DNA from: Actinomycetes bacterium
GTDB lineage: Bacteria > Actinomycetota > JAICYB01
Direction of reading: 5' to 3'
Length of the DNA: 64,000 nucleotides
NCBI GenBank assembly: GCA_025934435.1
Contig: JAICYB010000001.1
Coordinates: 131,293 to 195,292 of the forward strand
The position numbers were made by a program, and so were the translations under genes. Each line of letters opens with the position of its first letter. Position 1 is the stretch's first letter. Shown here one piece after another: positions 55,612 through 64,000 of the stretch. The notes beneath the pieces were generated by a model. It saw only the letters and a list, made by a program, of their open reading frames with translations. It had not been told where the DNA came from and ran no database searches.

Positions 55612-56204
55612 GCATGGAGGAGAGATTGCGGAACGCGGCGGCAGCACTCGAAGAAGCACCGGAACTCGATCTGACGGACCGTGCGGCCGATGAGGGTCTC
55701 GTCGACGTCGCGTTCGCGACCGTCGATTCACCGTTCGGAACACTTGTCGCGGCGATGACGAACAAGGGACTCGTCCGTCTCGCCCTCGCGCCGGTCCGTG
55801 TCGACGACGTCGTCGCGGATCTCTCGCGACGTTTGTCGCCGCGGATCTTCGAGATGCCGAGTCGTGTCGATCCCGTGCGACGCGAGCTCGATGAATACTT
55901 CGCCGGGAAGCGTTGGGCCTTCGATGTCAGCGTCGACTGGACGCTCTCGTCTGGATTCAACAGCCGTGTGTTGCACGCGACGGCGCGCATCCAGTACGGC
56001 GAGGTGTCGAGCTACGGGAAGGTCGCGGCGAAGGCAGGAAGCCCGCGAGCGGCGCGCGCGGCGGGGAATGCCTTGCACACAAATCCGATCGCGATCGTCG
56101 TGCCGTGCCACCGCGTCGTCGGGTCGAACGGGAGCCTCACGGGATACGGCGGCGGACTTCCCATGAAGGAAGCGTTGCTTCGGTTGGAGGGCGCGATCGG
56201 CTAG
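55608..56204 (+). CDS. ogt: Methylated-DNA-protein-cysteine methyltransferase
   Basis: PCHRVV active-site motif; ATG overlaps the sigma stop (ATGA); ~35-aa N-terminal extension before the MGMT N-domain. Confidence 0.8.
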   Translation: MSMEERLRNAAAALEEAPELDLTDRAADEGLVDVAFATVDSPFGTLVAAMTNKGLVRLALAPVRVDDVVADLSRRLSPRIFEMPSRVDPVRRELDEYFAGKRWAFDVSVDWTLSSGFNSRVLHATARIQYGEVSSYGKVAAKAGSPRAARAAGNALHTNPIAIVVPCHRVVGSNGSLTGYGGGLPMKEALLRLEGAIG

Positions 56205-57910
56205 ATCGACGCCGGCCCGGGCGAGCCGGCGCTGCCGGACAGCGCGCGGCCGGCAGTGCCGACCGCTTCGGTGACGAACTGTCCTGCTTCGTAGAGCTTG
56301 CGCGTCAGGCGCCGCTGCAGCTTGCCGGACGGCGTCTTCGGCAAGGTGCCCGGCACGAGCAACACGACGTGGTCGGCGGCGACACGCAACACCTTGCGCA
56401 CCTCACTCGAGATCTGCTTCGCGAGCTTCGCGGCTTCTTCGCCGACGAGGCGTGTCTCCGCGATCACGACGAGTCCTTCCTTTGCTTTGCGGACGATGCC
56501 GAAGGCGACCGCGTTGCCTTTGCGTACGCCGGGCACGCTCGCCGCCGCGCGTTCCGCGTCCTCGGGATACAGGTTGCGCCCGCCGACGATGATCATGTCC
56601 TTGATGCGTCCGGTGATGTAGAGACCGTCGGGACCGAACACGCCGAGGTCTCCGGTGCGGATCCAACCGTCGACGATCGTGTACGACGTTTCCTCCGGAT
56701 CGTCCCAGTAGCCGAGCATCGCGTGTTCCGTCTTGATGCAGATCTCACCGACGGTGCCGTCGGGTATCCGCTCGCCCGACGGCGTGAGGATCGCCGCTTC
56801 GACGCCGGGGATGGTTCGTCCGACGGAGATGAGTGCGCGCGCGTCGTCGCTCGTGGCCTCAACGGATTCCGCGATCCCGTCGTCGGCGAGCTTGTGTCCG
56901 TCGACCCACCACGGCGGCGGCGGGTCGAGCAGCGGCGGGGACGAAACACCGAGCGTCGCCTCGGCGAGGCCGTACACACCGAGGAGCGCGCCGCGCCGCA
57001 AGCCGACGGGTTCGGCGGCGTCCGCGAACGCTTCCATCGTTTCGCGGTCGAGCGGCTCCGCGCCATTGGCTGCGACCCGTAGCGACGACAGATCGAGTGG
57101 TTCGTCCTTCAGTTGCTTGACGGCCCGCGCGGCGAGGCCATACGCGAAGTTCGGCGCGGCCGTGATGGTCGCGCGGTACTTCGACATCGCCTGCACCCAT
57201 CGCTTCGGAGATCCGATGAAGACTTCCGGCGGGATGAGGTACGCGGTCATGTCGATGACGACCGGCCAGAGCGTCAGGCCGATCAGGCCGAAGTCGTGGT
57301 ACAGCGGCAGCCAGCTGACGGTGACGTCGTCCGGCGTGAAGCCGAGATGGTCGCGCGCGGCGATGCCGTTGCTGATGAGCGTGCGGTGCGAGAGGACGAC
57401 GCCCTTCGGACGCGCCGTCGATCCCGAGGTGAATTGGATGAGCGCGGGTGCGTCCGGATCGCTGTCGACGAACGGTGCGTGGCGGCCGCCCCGACGCAGC
57501 TCGTCGAATCCGACGACCCGCGGCGCGAGTCCGTCGAGCGGGACGATCTGCGCAACGGACGGGTCCGTCGCGAGCAACGCGATCTTCGCCTTGTCGGCGC
57601 GCGAGGAGATCTCATCGACGAGTGCGTCAACCGACGTGATCCGGAGCGGAACGGCGAGCGGCACGGCGATCGCACCGGACGCCCAGCACCCGAAGATCGT
57701 CGCGACGAGTTCGGGTGTCGTCGAGCCCAGGATGCCGACGCGGTCGCCGGGCTCGACCCCGAGATCGGCCAAGGCGCCACACGCGTCGTGCGCGACGTCC
57801 GCGAGGTCGCCGTAGGTCCAGCGTTCGAGCTCGCCTTCGCCGTCGAGGAACGTGATCCCCCGTGGGCTGGCCTTGCGCTCTTCGAGCGCCTGCGCGATGT
57901 TCCTCACGGG
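56201..57910 (-). CDS. Fatty-acyl-AMP ligase / AMP-dependent synthetase (FadD/FAAL-like)
   Basis: ITFLDGEGELERWTYGDL N-terminus, FTSGSTARPKGV AMP motif, PKTPSGKLQRR C-terminus. GTG start assumed; the upstream 87 aa of the track ORF are Arg-rich. Confidence 0.7.
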   Translation of the reverse strand, partial: PVRNIAQALEERKASPRGITFLDGEGELERWTYGDLADVAHDACGALADLGVEPGDRVGILGSTTPELVATIFGCWASGAIAVPLAVPLRITSVDALVDEISSRADKAKIALLATDPSVAQIVPLDGLAPRVVGFDELRRGGRHAPFVDSDPDAPALIQFTSGSTARPKGVVLSHRTLISNGIAARDHLGFTPDDVTVSWLPLYHDFGLIGLTLWPVVIDMTAYLIPPEVFIGSPKRWVQAMSKYRATITAAPNFAYGLAARAVKQLKDEPLDLSSLRVAANGAEPLDRETMEAFADAAEPVGLRRGALLGVYGLAEATLGVSSPPLLDPPPPWWVDGHKLADDGIAESVEATSDDARALISVGRTIPGVEAAILTPSGERIPDGTVGEICIKTEHAMLGYWDDPEETSYTIVDGWIRTGDLGVFGPDGLYITGRIKDMIIVGGRNLYPEDAERAAASVPGVRKGNAVAFGIVRKAKEGLVVIAETRLVGEEAAKLAKQISSEVRKVLRVAADHVVLLVPGTLPKTPSGKLQRRLTRKLYEAGQFVTEAVGTAGRALSGSAGSPGPASI

Positions 57911-58536
57911 ATCACGCGCGCGAGACGCGCTTCCTGTCTCCGCGCGAAGGCAGCGACGCCGACGTCTTGCGCGACGACGAAGCTCATAACATTGCCGATG
58001 CGGTAGGCCACGTACTCGACTGTACGCTTCGTGGTCTGGGTCGAGTTGCCCGGCTTGATCGTCACCGTGACGTGGGCGCTGTAACTGTCGTCGCCGAGCT
58101 GCTCCAGACCGGTGACCGGGCCCGCGTTCTTCGCGTCCAGGTAGCCGCCGTCGGTGCGCGCCTGTCGCCACGTCGTCGGCTGTCCGCTGTGGGCGCTCAT
58201 CACGGCCTGGGCGTTCTCAACGCTCGGGAGCACGAAAACGGTGTTCGTGACGAAGCCCGAGGCGCCGTCCTGCGTGAACGAAACGGTCTTCGTCGCGCCG
58301 GCGTCGTGGATGTACGTCGAGGTCCCGACCTTGCCGCCGATCTGGAACGTGTCGGGCTGCGGGTCCTTCACGGCGGTCCACCCGGCGCCCATATCCGCCG
58401 CGGTGAGAACGCCGTTCGTCAGATCTTGCGCGGTCAGAGCGACGGTCGGCGACGGCGTCGGTGCCGGCGGCGCGGCCTTGCCGCACGACGAGAGGACGAA
58501 GCTCGCAACAACGGAGAGGAACAACGCACGCCGCAT
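57904..58536 (-). CDS. Lipoprotein, hypothetical
   Basis: MRRALFLSVVASFVLSSCG lipobox. Confidence 0.5.
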   Translation of the reverse strand: MRRALFLSVVASFVLSSCGKAAPPAPTPSPTVALTAQDLTNGVLTAADMGAGWTAVKDPQPDTFQIGGKVGTSTYIHDAGATKTVSFTQDGASGFVTNTVFVLPSVENAQAVMSAHSGQPTTWRQARTDGGYLDAKNAGPVTGLEQLGDDSYSAHVTVTIKPGNSTQTTKRTVEYVAYRIGNVMSFVVAQDVGVAAFARRQEARLARVIP

Positions 58537-58562
58537 GAAACCGCAGGCTACCCCAGGCGGAG

Positions 58563-60434
58563 CTAGGTCGAGTAGTACAGATCGACGGCCGCGCCCTTGC
58601 GGACGTTCGTTCCCGCGGGCGGGTTCTGTCCCTGGACCTGACCGTGCGGCTTGCCCGATCCGGGAACCGCGTACGTGTTGCGTACGACGAGGCCGGCATC
58701 CGCGGCTTTCGCTTTCGCGGCCGCAAGACCCAGGCCGACCAGGTTCGGCATCGGGAACGCGCGCGGACCCTTCGACACCGTCGCGGTGACCGTGGAACCC
58801 TTCGGAGCGGACGAACCACCAGCCGGATCGGACGAGATCACCGTTCCCGCGCCGACGGTGTCCGAGAAGACGTCGTTCTCGGCGAAGACCAGCCCGGCGT
58901 CGTCGATCGCCGTCTTCGCCTTGTCCGCTGCCATGCCGTCGATGCTCGGGACGGTGACGGGCGGGGGTCCTTTACTGACGTCGGCGGCGAAGGCGGTCCC
59001 GCGCTTCGCGTGCGTCTCGTCCGGCGTGATGCCGATGACCGCGTCCTTCGGGACGGAGTCGTTGTAGTCCGAGTTGGCGATCTGGACGCTGAAGCCCGCG
59101 GCGGACATCAACGCGCGGGCGTCGTCGATCGACTTACCCACGACGTCGGGGACGTCGAAGAGCTGCGGCCCCTTCGACACGGCGAGATCGACGATCGATC
59201 CCTTATTCACGCTCGTGCCGATGTTGGGGTCCGTCGCCGCGATGGTTCCTTCGGGAACCGTGTCGCTGTACACGTTGGAGATCGTTCCCGGACGAAGCCC
59301 CTCGCGCGTCAGCGCATGCTGCGCGTCGGCGAGCGTCTGGTTGCGAAGATCGGGGACCGTCATGGGTTTCGGGATCACCGCGTACGCCGCGATGCCGGCG
59401 ATCGCGAGGAGCAACGCAACGACCGCCCCGATGCGGAAGCGCCGCCGCGCACGCCGGAAGAGACGCGTTTGCAACGGGAGAACGTCGGTGACGGGAGCAG
59501 GTGTGTAGTGCACCGGTTCGTGTGTCTGTGTCTGCGTGAAGGTGGCGGTCGTCTCGGCCTCCGGAACGTCGGGGAGGCGGTCGGTGTCCATCAGGAAGCT
59601 CGGCGTCCCGCCGTCACCCAGAGCGCGCGCGAAGTCGCCGGCCGTCGAGAAGCGATCTTCCGGACGAGCCGCCGTCGCGCGCATAACCGCGCCGTCGATA
59701 GCGGGTGCGATGCCGGGCGTGAGGACCGGCGCGTGCACGCGGGACGCGGCGACCGCTTGCGGTGTGTCGCCACGGAACGGTGGGCGTCCCGTGAGCATCT
59801 CGTAGCTGAGCGCACCGAGTGCGTAGATGTCCGCGCGGCCGTCGACGCTCGATCCGGCGATCTGCTCCGGCGCGACGTAGGCGACCGTTCCGATCGGACG
59901 ATCCGTCGTCAGTTGCGCCGCCTGGGGGCCGAGCGCCTTCGCGATACCGAAGTCGACGACCTTCACCTGACCGTCCGGTGTGAGGATCACGTTCTCCGGT
60001 TTCACGTCGCGATGGACGATGCCGCTGCGATGCGCGTGATCGAGTGCGGATCCGATGCCGCGCGCGACGTGACGCACGGTCGGCGGATCGAGATGCCCGA
60101 AGCGGTCGAGGAGCGCGCGGAGGGTGATCCCTTCGCAGAGCTCCATGACGATGAACAGGGTTCCGTCCGCTTCGACGGCGTCGTAGACCGTGACGATGTT
60201 CGGATGCGACAGCCGCGCGGCGTTCGTCGCCTCGGCGCGGAAGCGCTCCACGAAGGAGCGGTCGGCCGCGAGGGCCGGGTGCATCACCTTGATCGCGACG
60301 TCACGGCCGAGCGAGGTGTCGCGGGCACGGTAGACGGTGGCCATCCCGCCGGCCGCGATGCGGTCGTCGAGCCGGTACCGCCCGGCCAGCGTGGTGCCGA
60401 CCCGCCAGTCGGCTTTGGTGTCGAGATCGCCCAC
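58563..60434 (-). CDS. Ser/Thr protein kinase with TM and C-terminal PASTA repeats (PknB-like)
   Basis: Kinase motifs VAIKVM, HRDVKPENV, DFGIA, APE; TM AVVALLLAIAGIAAY; then 3-4 PASTA-like units. Confidence 0.85.
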   Translation of the reverse strand: MGDLDTKADWRVGTTLAGRYRLDDRIAAGGMATVYRARDTSLGRDVAIKVMHPALAADRSFVERFRAEATNAARLSHPNIVTVYDAVEADGTLFIVMELCEGITLRALLDRFGHLDPPTVRHVARGIGSALDHAHRSGIVHRDVKPENVILTPDGQVKVVDFGIAKALGPQAAQLTTDRPIGTVAYVAPEQIAGSSVDGRADIYALGALSYEMLTGRPPFRGDTPQAVAASRVHAPVLTPGIAPAIDGAVMRATAARPEDRFSTAGDFARALGDGGTPSFLMDTDRLPDVPEAETTATFTQTQTHEPVHYTPAPVTDVLPLQTRLFRRARRRFRIGAVVALLLAIAGIAAYAVIPKPMTVPDLRNQTLADAQHALTREGLRPGTISNVYSDTVPEGTIAATDPNIGTSVNKGSIVDLAVSKGPQLFDVPDVVGKSIDDARALMSAAGFSVQIANSDYNDSVPKDAVIGITPDETHAKRGTAFAADVSKGPPPVTVPSIDGMAADKAKTAIDDAGLVFAENDVFSDTVGAGTVISSDPAGGSSAPKGSTVTATVSKGPRAFPMPNLVGLGLAAAKAKAADAGLVVRNTYAVPGSGKPHGQVQGQNPPAGTNVRKGAAVDLYYST

Positions 60435-60521
60435 AGCCCGTTCATCCTAGCGTCCGATGTGAGGATTGTTAACTGTTGAGGGCAGTGAGATGACGAGCGG
60501 CGGTGCTAAGGTTCCGTTCGT

Positions 60522-62381
60522 ATGTCCGTTCAGCCCTTCGGATCGTGGCGATCGCCCATCTCGGCCGCGTCCATCGCCGAGGGCGGGGTGAACCTCGCCG
60601 GCGTGGCCGTCGACGGCGGTTCGGTGTACTGGGCGGAGGGTCGTCCGGCCGAAGGGGGCCGCACCGTCGTCGTGAAGGACGGGGTCGACGTGACGCCCGC
60701 GGGCTTCAACGTCCGCACCCAGGTGCACGAGTACGGCGGCGGAGCGTGGTGGGTGCACGAGGGCGCGGTGTACTTCGCGAACTGGGACGACCAGCGTCTC
60801 TACAAGCAGGTGCCGGGCGAAACCCCGGTCGCGATCACGCCCGCTCCTGAGATCCCGCGCGGCATGCGTTACGCAGACGGCATCGTCAGGCCGGACGGAT
60901 CGATCATCTGCGTCCGCGAACGCCACGTCGAAGGACGCGAAGCATTCAACGAGATCGTCCGCATCTCGGGTAGCGAGGTCGAGGTGGTTGCGTCCGGCAA
61001 CGACTTCTACGCGTTCCCCCGTGCCTTTGGCGAGCACTTGGCGTGGACGGAGTGGACGCATCCGAACCTTCCCTGGGACGGCACCTTCCTGCATCTCGAC
61101 GGTGAGCGCATCGCCGGCGCGATGGACGAGTCGATCTTCCAGCCGGAGTGGAGTCCCGACGGTGTGCTCCACTTCGTCTCCGATCGGAGCGGTTGGTGGA
61201 ACATCTATCGCTACGTCGATGGTCGCATCGAGCCGGTGCTCGAGATGGATGCCGACTTCGGTGTTCCGCAGTGGGTGTTCGGGCAGTCGACGTACGCGTT
61301 CCTTCCCGGCGGCGACCTCGTGTGCGTCTACACGCGCAACGCCACGGACTCGATCGGCTTGATACGCGACGGTGCCTTGCAGCCGATCGAACAGCCGTAC
61401 ACGTCGGTGACATCGCTCATCACCTCCGGCAATCATGCGTACTTCGTCGGTGCATCGCCGACGGAGCATCAGAAAGTCGTCCGGCTCGATCCGGCGACGG
61501 GCGCGGTCGACGTGATCGCGAGGGCGCGGGACGACGCCGTCGACGAAGGGTACGTCTCGCGCGCACAACCGATCTCCTTCCCGAGTGAAGGACGAACCGC
61601 TCACGCGTTTTTCTATCCACCGCGGAACAAAGATTTCGATGGCCCCGGCGACGAAAGGCCGCCGCTGATCGTCTTCTCGCACGGCGGACCGACCGGAAGC
61701 GTCGGGCCGGAGCTCAATCTCCGCATCCAGTACTGGACCTCACGCGGTTTCGCCGTCGTCGACGTGAACTACGGCGGTTCGACCGGATACGGACGCGACT
61801 ACCGGCGGCTGCTGAATGGGAACTGGGGCATCGTCGACGTCGAGGACTGCACGAATGCCGCGCTCTTCCTCGCCGGACGCGGGGAAGTCGATCCCGAGCG
61901 GCTCGCGATCCGCGGCGGAAGCGCCGGGGGATTCACGACGCTCGCGTGTCTCGTCTTCCGTGACGCGTTCAAGGCCGGCGCAAACTACTTCGGCGTCGCG
62001 GATTTCGAGACCTTCGTCGGCGACACCCACAAGTTCGAATCGCGCTATCTCGATTCGCTCGTCGGCCCGTATCCGGAGCGGAAGGATCTCTACCGCGACC
62101 GTTCACCGGCGAACTTCGTCGATCGCGTCGAGGTGCCGGTGATCACGTTCCAGGGACTCGAGGACGCCATCGTTCCGCCGTCGCAGTCGGAGCAGATCGT
62201 GAACGCGCTTCGTGCGAAGAAGATCCCGTGCGCCTACGTCACCTACGAGGGCGAGCAGCACGGCTTCCGTCAGGCCAAGAACATCATCCACTCGCTCGAG
62301 ACGGAGCTGTACTTCTACGGTCGCGTCTTCGGTTTCGAGCCCGCGGACGACATCGCCGGCGTCGAGATCGAGAACCTCTAA
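60522..62381 (+). CDS. S9 family peptidase (prolyl oligopeptidase/acylaminoacyl peptidase-like) with N-terminal beta-propeller
   Basis: GGSAGGFTTLACL nucleophile elbow; C-terminal GEQHGF. Confidence 0.8.
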   Translation: MSVQPFGSWRSPISAASIAEGGVNLAGVAVDGGSVYWAEGRPAEGGRTVVVKDGVDVTPAGFNVRTQVHEYGGGAWWVHEGAVYFANWDDQRLYKQVPGETPVAITPAPEIPRGMRYADGIVRPDGSIICVRERHVEGREAFNEIVRISGSEVEVVASGNDFYAFPRAFGEHLAWTEWTHPNLPWDGTFLHLDGERIAGAMDESIFQPEWSPDGVLHFVSDRSGWWNIYRYVDGRIEPVLEMDADFGVPQWVFGQSTYAFLPGGDLVCVYTRNATDSIGLIRDGALQPIEQPYTSVTSLITSGNHAYFVGASPTEHQKVVRLDPATGAVDVIARARDDAVDEGYVSRAQPISFPSEGRTAHAFFYPPRNKDFDGPGDERPPLIVFSHGGPTGSVGPELNLRIQYWTSRGFAVVDVNYGGSTGYGRDYRRLLNGNWGIVDVEDCTNAALFLAGRGEVDPERLAIRGGSAGGFTTLACLVFRDAFKAGANYFGVADFETFVGDTHKFESRYLDSLVGPYPERKDLYRDRSPANFVDRVEVPVITFQGLEDAIVPPSQSEQIVNALRAKKIPCAYVTYEGEQHGFRQAKNIIHSLETELYFYGRVFGFEPADDIAGVEIENL

Positions 62382-63931
62382 CCCTTCGCGCGGTCCTGGG
62401 CCTTGAGCTCTCGGCGCAGGATCTTGCCGCTCGCGGTCTTCGGGATCTTCTCGACGAATTCGACCTCGCGCACCTTCTTATAGGGCGCGACCTTGCCGGC
62501 GACGTGTTCTTGGATCTGCTCGATCGTGAGGTTCGTGCCTTCGCGAAGCACGACGAACGCCTTCGGGATCTCGCCATCGGCCGTGCCCGAGTCCTTCGGG
62601 ATGACGGCGGCGTCCGATACGTCGGGGTGTTCCATGATCAGCGCTTCGAGCTCGGCCGGCGCGATCTGGTAGCCCTTGTACTTGATCATCTCTTTCGCCC
62701 GGTCGTGCACCGTGACGTATCCCTCGTCGTCCACGCTGCAGATGTCGCCCGTGCGAAGCCACCGGCCCGTTTCGTCCTCGACGATCGTCTCGGCAGTGGA
62801 GTCCGCTTTCTCGAAGTAGCCCTGCATGACCTGCGGGCCGGCGACGAGGAGCTCACCGATCTCGCCGATCGGCAGTTCTTCGCCGCCGTCGATCGCGACG
62901 ACCTTCTGTCGCGTGTCCGCGACGGGCGGTCCGACCGTGCCGGGTTTGTCGCGTCCGATCGGAGTGATGTGCGTGACGGGGCTCGCCTCCGTCATGCCGT
63001 AGCCCTGCATCACGTAGACGTCGTAGGTCTCAGCGACGCGGCGCGCGACATCGAGCGGAAGCGGTGCCGCGCCGGACATGATGAAGCGCACGCTCGACAG
63101 ATCGGCGGACGCACCGCTGTTCGCGAGCAGCAGCATCGCCGGCGGGACCATGAAGAGATTCGTCGCGTTGTATTCAACGATCACTTCGAGGAACCGCTTC
63201 GGATCGAATCCCGGCAGGACGACCTGAGTCGCTCCCACCGCAAGCGCCGGGATCATCAGTACCGCCATCCCGTAGATATGGAAGAAGGGGAGGAAGTTGA
63301 TGAGTGTCGAGAATCCGTCGATGAGGCCCATCGAGAGCGTCTGACGGATGTTCGACGTCAGGTTGTAGTGAGTGAGCATCACGCCCTTCGGGACACCCGT
63401 CGTCCCCGACGAGTACGGCAGGACCGCGAGGTGCGTGAGTGGATCGAACGAAACTTCTTTCGGTGCGCCGTCGTGCTTGTCGGCGAGCGACCAAACGTCG
63501 CCGAGGAGGTGGAAGCCGTTCTTGTCTCCCCACACTTCTTTCGCGGCATCGGCCGTCGCGTCCGCGGCGAAGCACGCTTTCGGACGGGAGTCCTCGAACT
63601 GCGTACCGATCTCGCGCGCGGTGTACAGCGGGTTCAGTGTCGTCACCGTGCCGCCGGCGAAGAGCGTTCCCCAGAAGGCGATGACCCATTCCGGCGAGTT
63701 CGGCGCGACGAGACCGACGCGATCGCCGGGCTCGACCCCTTGCTCCTGCAGCATGCGCCCGATAGAAAGCGAAGCACGCAGCACTTCGTTGAACGTGTAC
63801 GACCGTTCACTCACCCCGTCGATCAAGGCGATCTTGTCCGGCCACTTGACCGTCGTGGCGATGAGATCGTCCGTCAGTGGATGGACGGGGTAGGGCTCGA
63901 GGGACATGTGCGGTGAATATTGGATCGGCAT
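62378..63931 (-). CDS. AMP-binding acyl-CoA synthetase/ligase
   Basis: LPYSSGTTGVPKGVMLTH AMP motif, GYGMTE, PKTASGKILRR. Confidence 0.85.
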   Translation of the reverse strand: MPIQYSPHMSLEPYPVHPLTDDLIATTVKWPDKIALIDGVSERSYTFNEVLRASLSIGRMLQEQGVEPGDRVGLVAPNSPEWVIAFWGTLFAGGTVTTLNPLYTAREIGTQFEDSRPKACFAADATADAAKEVWGDKNGFHLLGDVWSLADKHDGAPKEVSFDPLTHLAVLPYSSGTTGVPKGVMLTHYNLTSNIRQTLSMGLIDGFSTLINFLPFFHIYGMAVLMIPALAVGATQVVLPGFDPKRFLEVIVEYNATNLFMVPPAMLLLANSGASADLSSVRFIMSGAAPLPLDVARRVAETYDVYVMQGYGMTEASPVTHITPIGRDKPGTVGPPVADTRQKVVAIDGGEELPIGEIGELLVAGPQVMQGYFEKADSTAETIVEDETGRWLRTGDICSVDDEGYVTVHDRAKEMIKYKGYQIAPAELEALIMEHPDVSDAAVIPKDSGTADGEIPKAFVVLREGTNLTIEQIQEHVAGKVAPYKKVREVEFVEKIPKTASGKILRRELKAQDRAKG

Positions 63932-64000
63932 GTCCCGAGATTAATGAGCGTGCGTCACGTCGGCCATTCGTCTTTGAGCAGTCCGAAGATCAGCTCGTCG

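Noticed and set aside
1-64000. Scan for tRNA, rRNA, transposase/integrase and CRISPR
   Set aside because: No T-loop GGTTCGAATCC-like cloverleaf candidates, no rRNA-like conserved stretches, no DDE/tyrosine recombinase ORFs and no short regular direct-repeat arrays found.
63932-64000. Possible 3' end of a minus-strand gene (…DELIFGLLKDEWPT*) or the start of a plus-strand ORF at the window edge
   Set aside because: Too short to call.

Overview
High-GC (roughly 70% by eye) actinobacterial-type chromosomal segment, densely coding on both strands: about 60 protein genes, many with 4-nt start/stop overlaps (ATGA/GTGA) that define operons. No rRNA, tRNA, CRISPR array or transposase was recognised. 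Contents from left to right. A secreted beta-propeller lipoprotein gene that runs off the 5' edge; it is absent from the ORF track, presumably because it has no in-window stop. An mmpL-tetR-MFS efflux operon with a palindromic operator inside its promoter. A tandem His-motif lipoprotein. A cNMP-binding protein, a TetR regulator and dodecin. An M32 carboxypeptidase. DUF2017 and clpS. A DUF222/HNH (REP13E12-like) element. Crotonase, nitroreductase, NfuA-like, ATP-grasp, CAP-domain and epoxide-hydrolase-like genes. A translationally coupled B12-radical-SAM / DUF169 / bPH operon divergent from an orphan LuxR-type response regulator. An 1856-aa LPXTG-anchored surface protein with ten diverged ~115-aa Ig-like tandem repeats. 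SURF1. A class III nucleotidyl cyclase. A glyA-M28 operon preceded by a ZTP (pfl) riboswitch. An SBBP beta-propeller secreted protein. LCP, nadB and an M3 oligoendopeptidase. HxlR, an esterase and an HtrA-like protease. A DUF4097-PadR operon with AT-rich palindromic operators. Then the most unusual locus: an operon for an S2P/M50-like intramembrane metalloprotease carrying an N-terminal PqqD-like RRE domain, a secreted CxxC-repeat protein and a lipoprotein, divergent from three tandem paralogous 68-71 aa peptide genes. Then gltB, an ECF sigma factor translationally coupled to ogt, a FAAL-like ligase, a PASTA Ser/Thr kinase, an S9 peptidase and an acyl-CoA synthetase.
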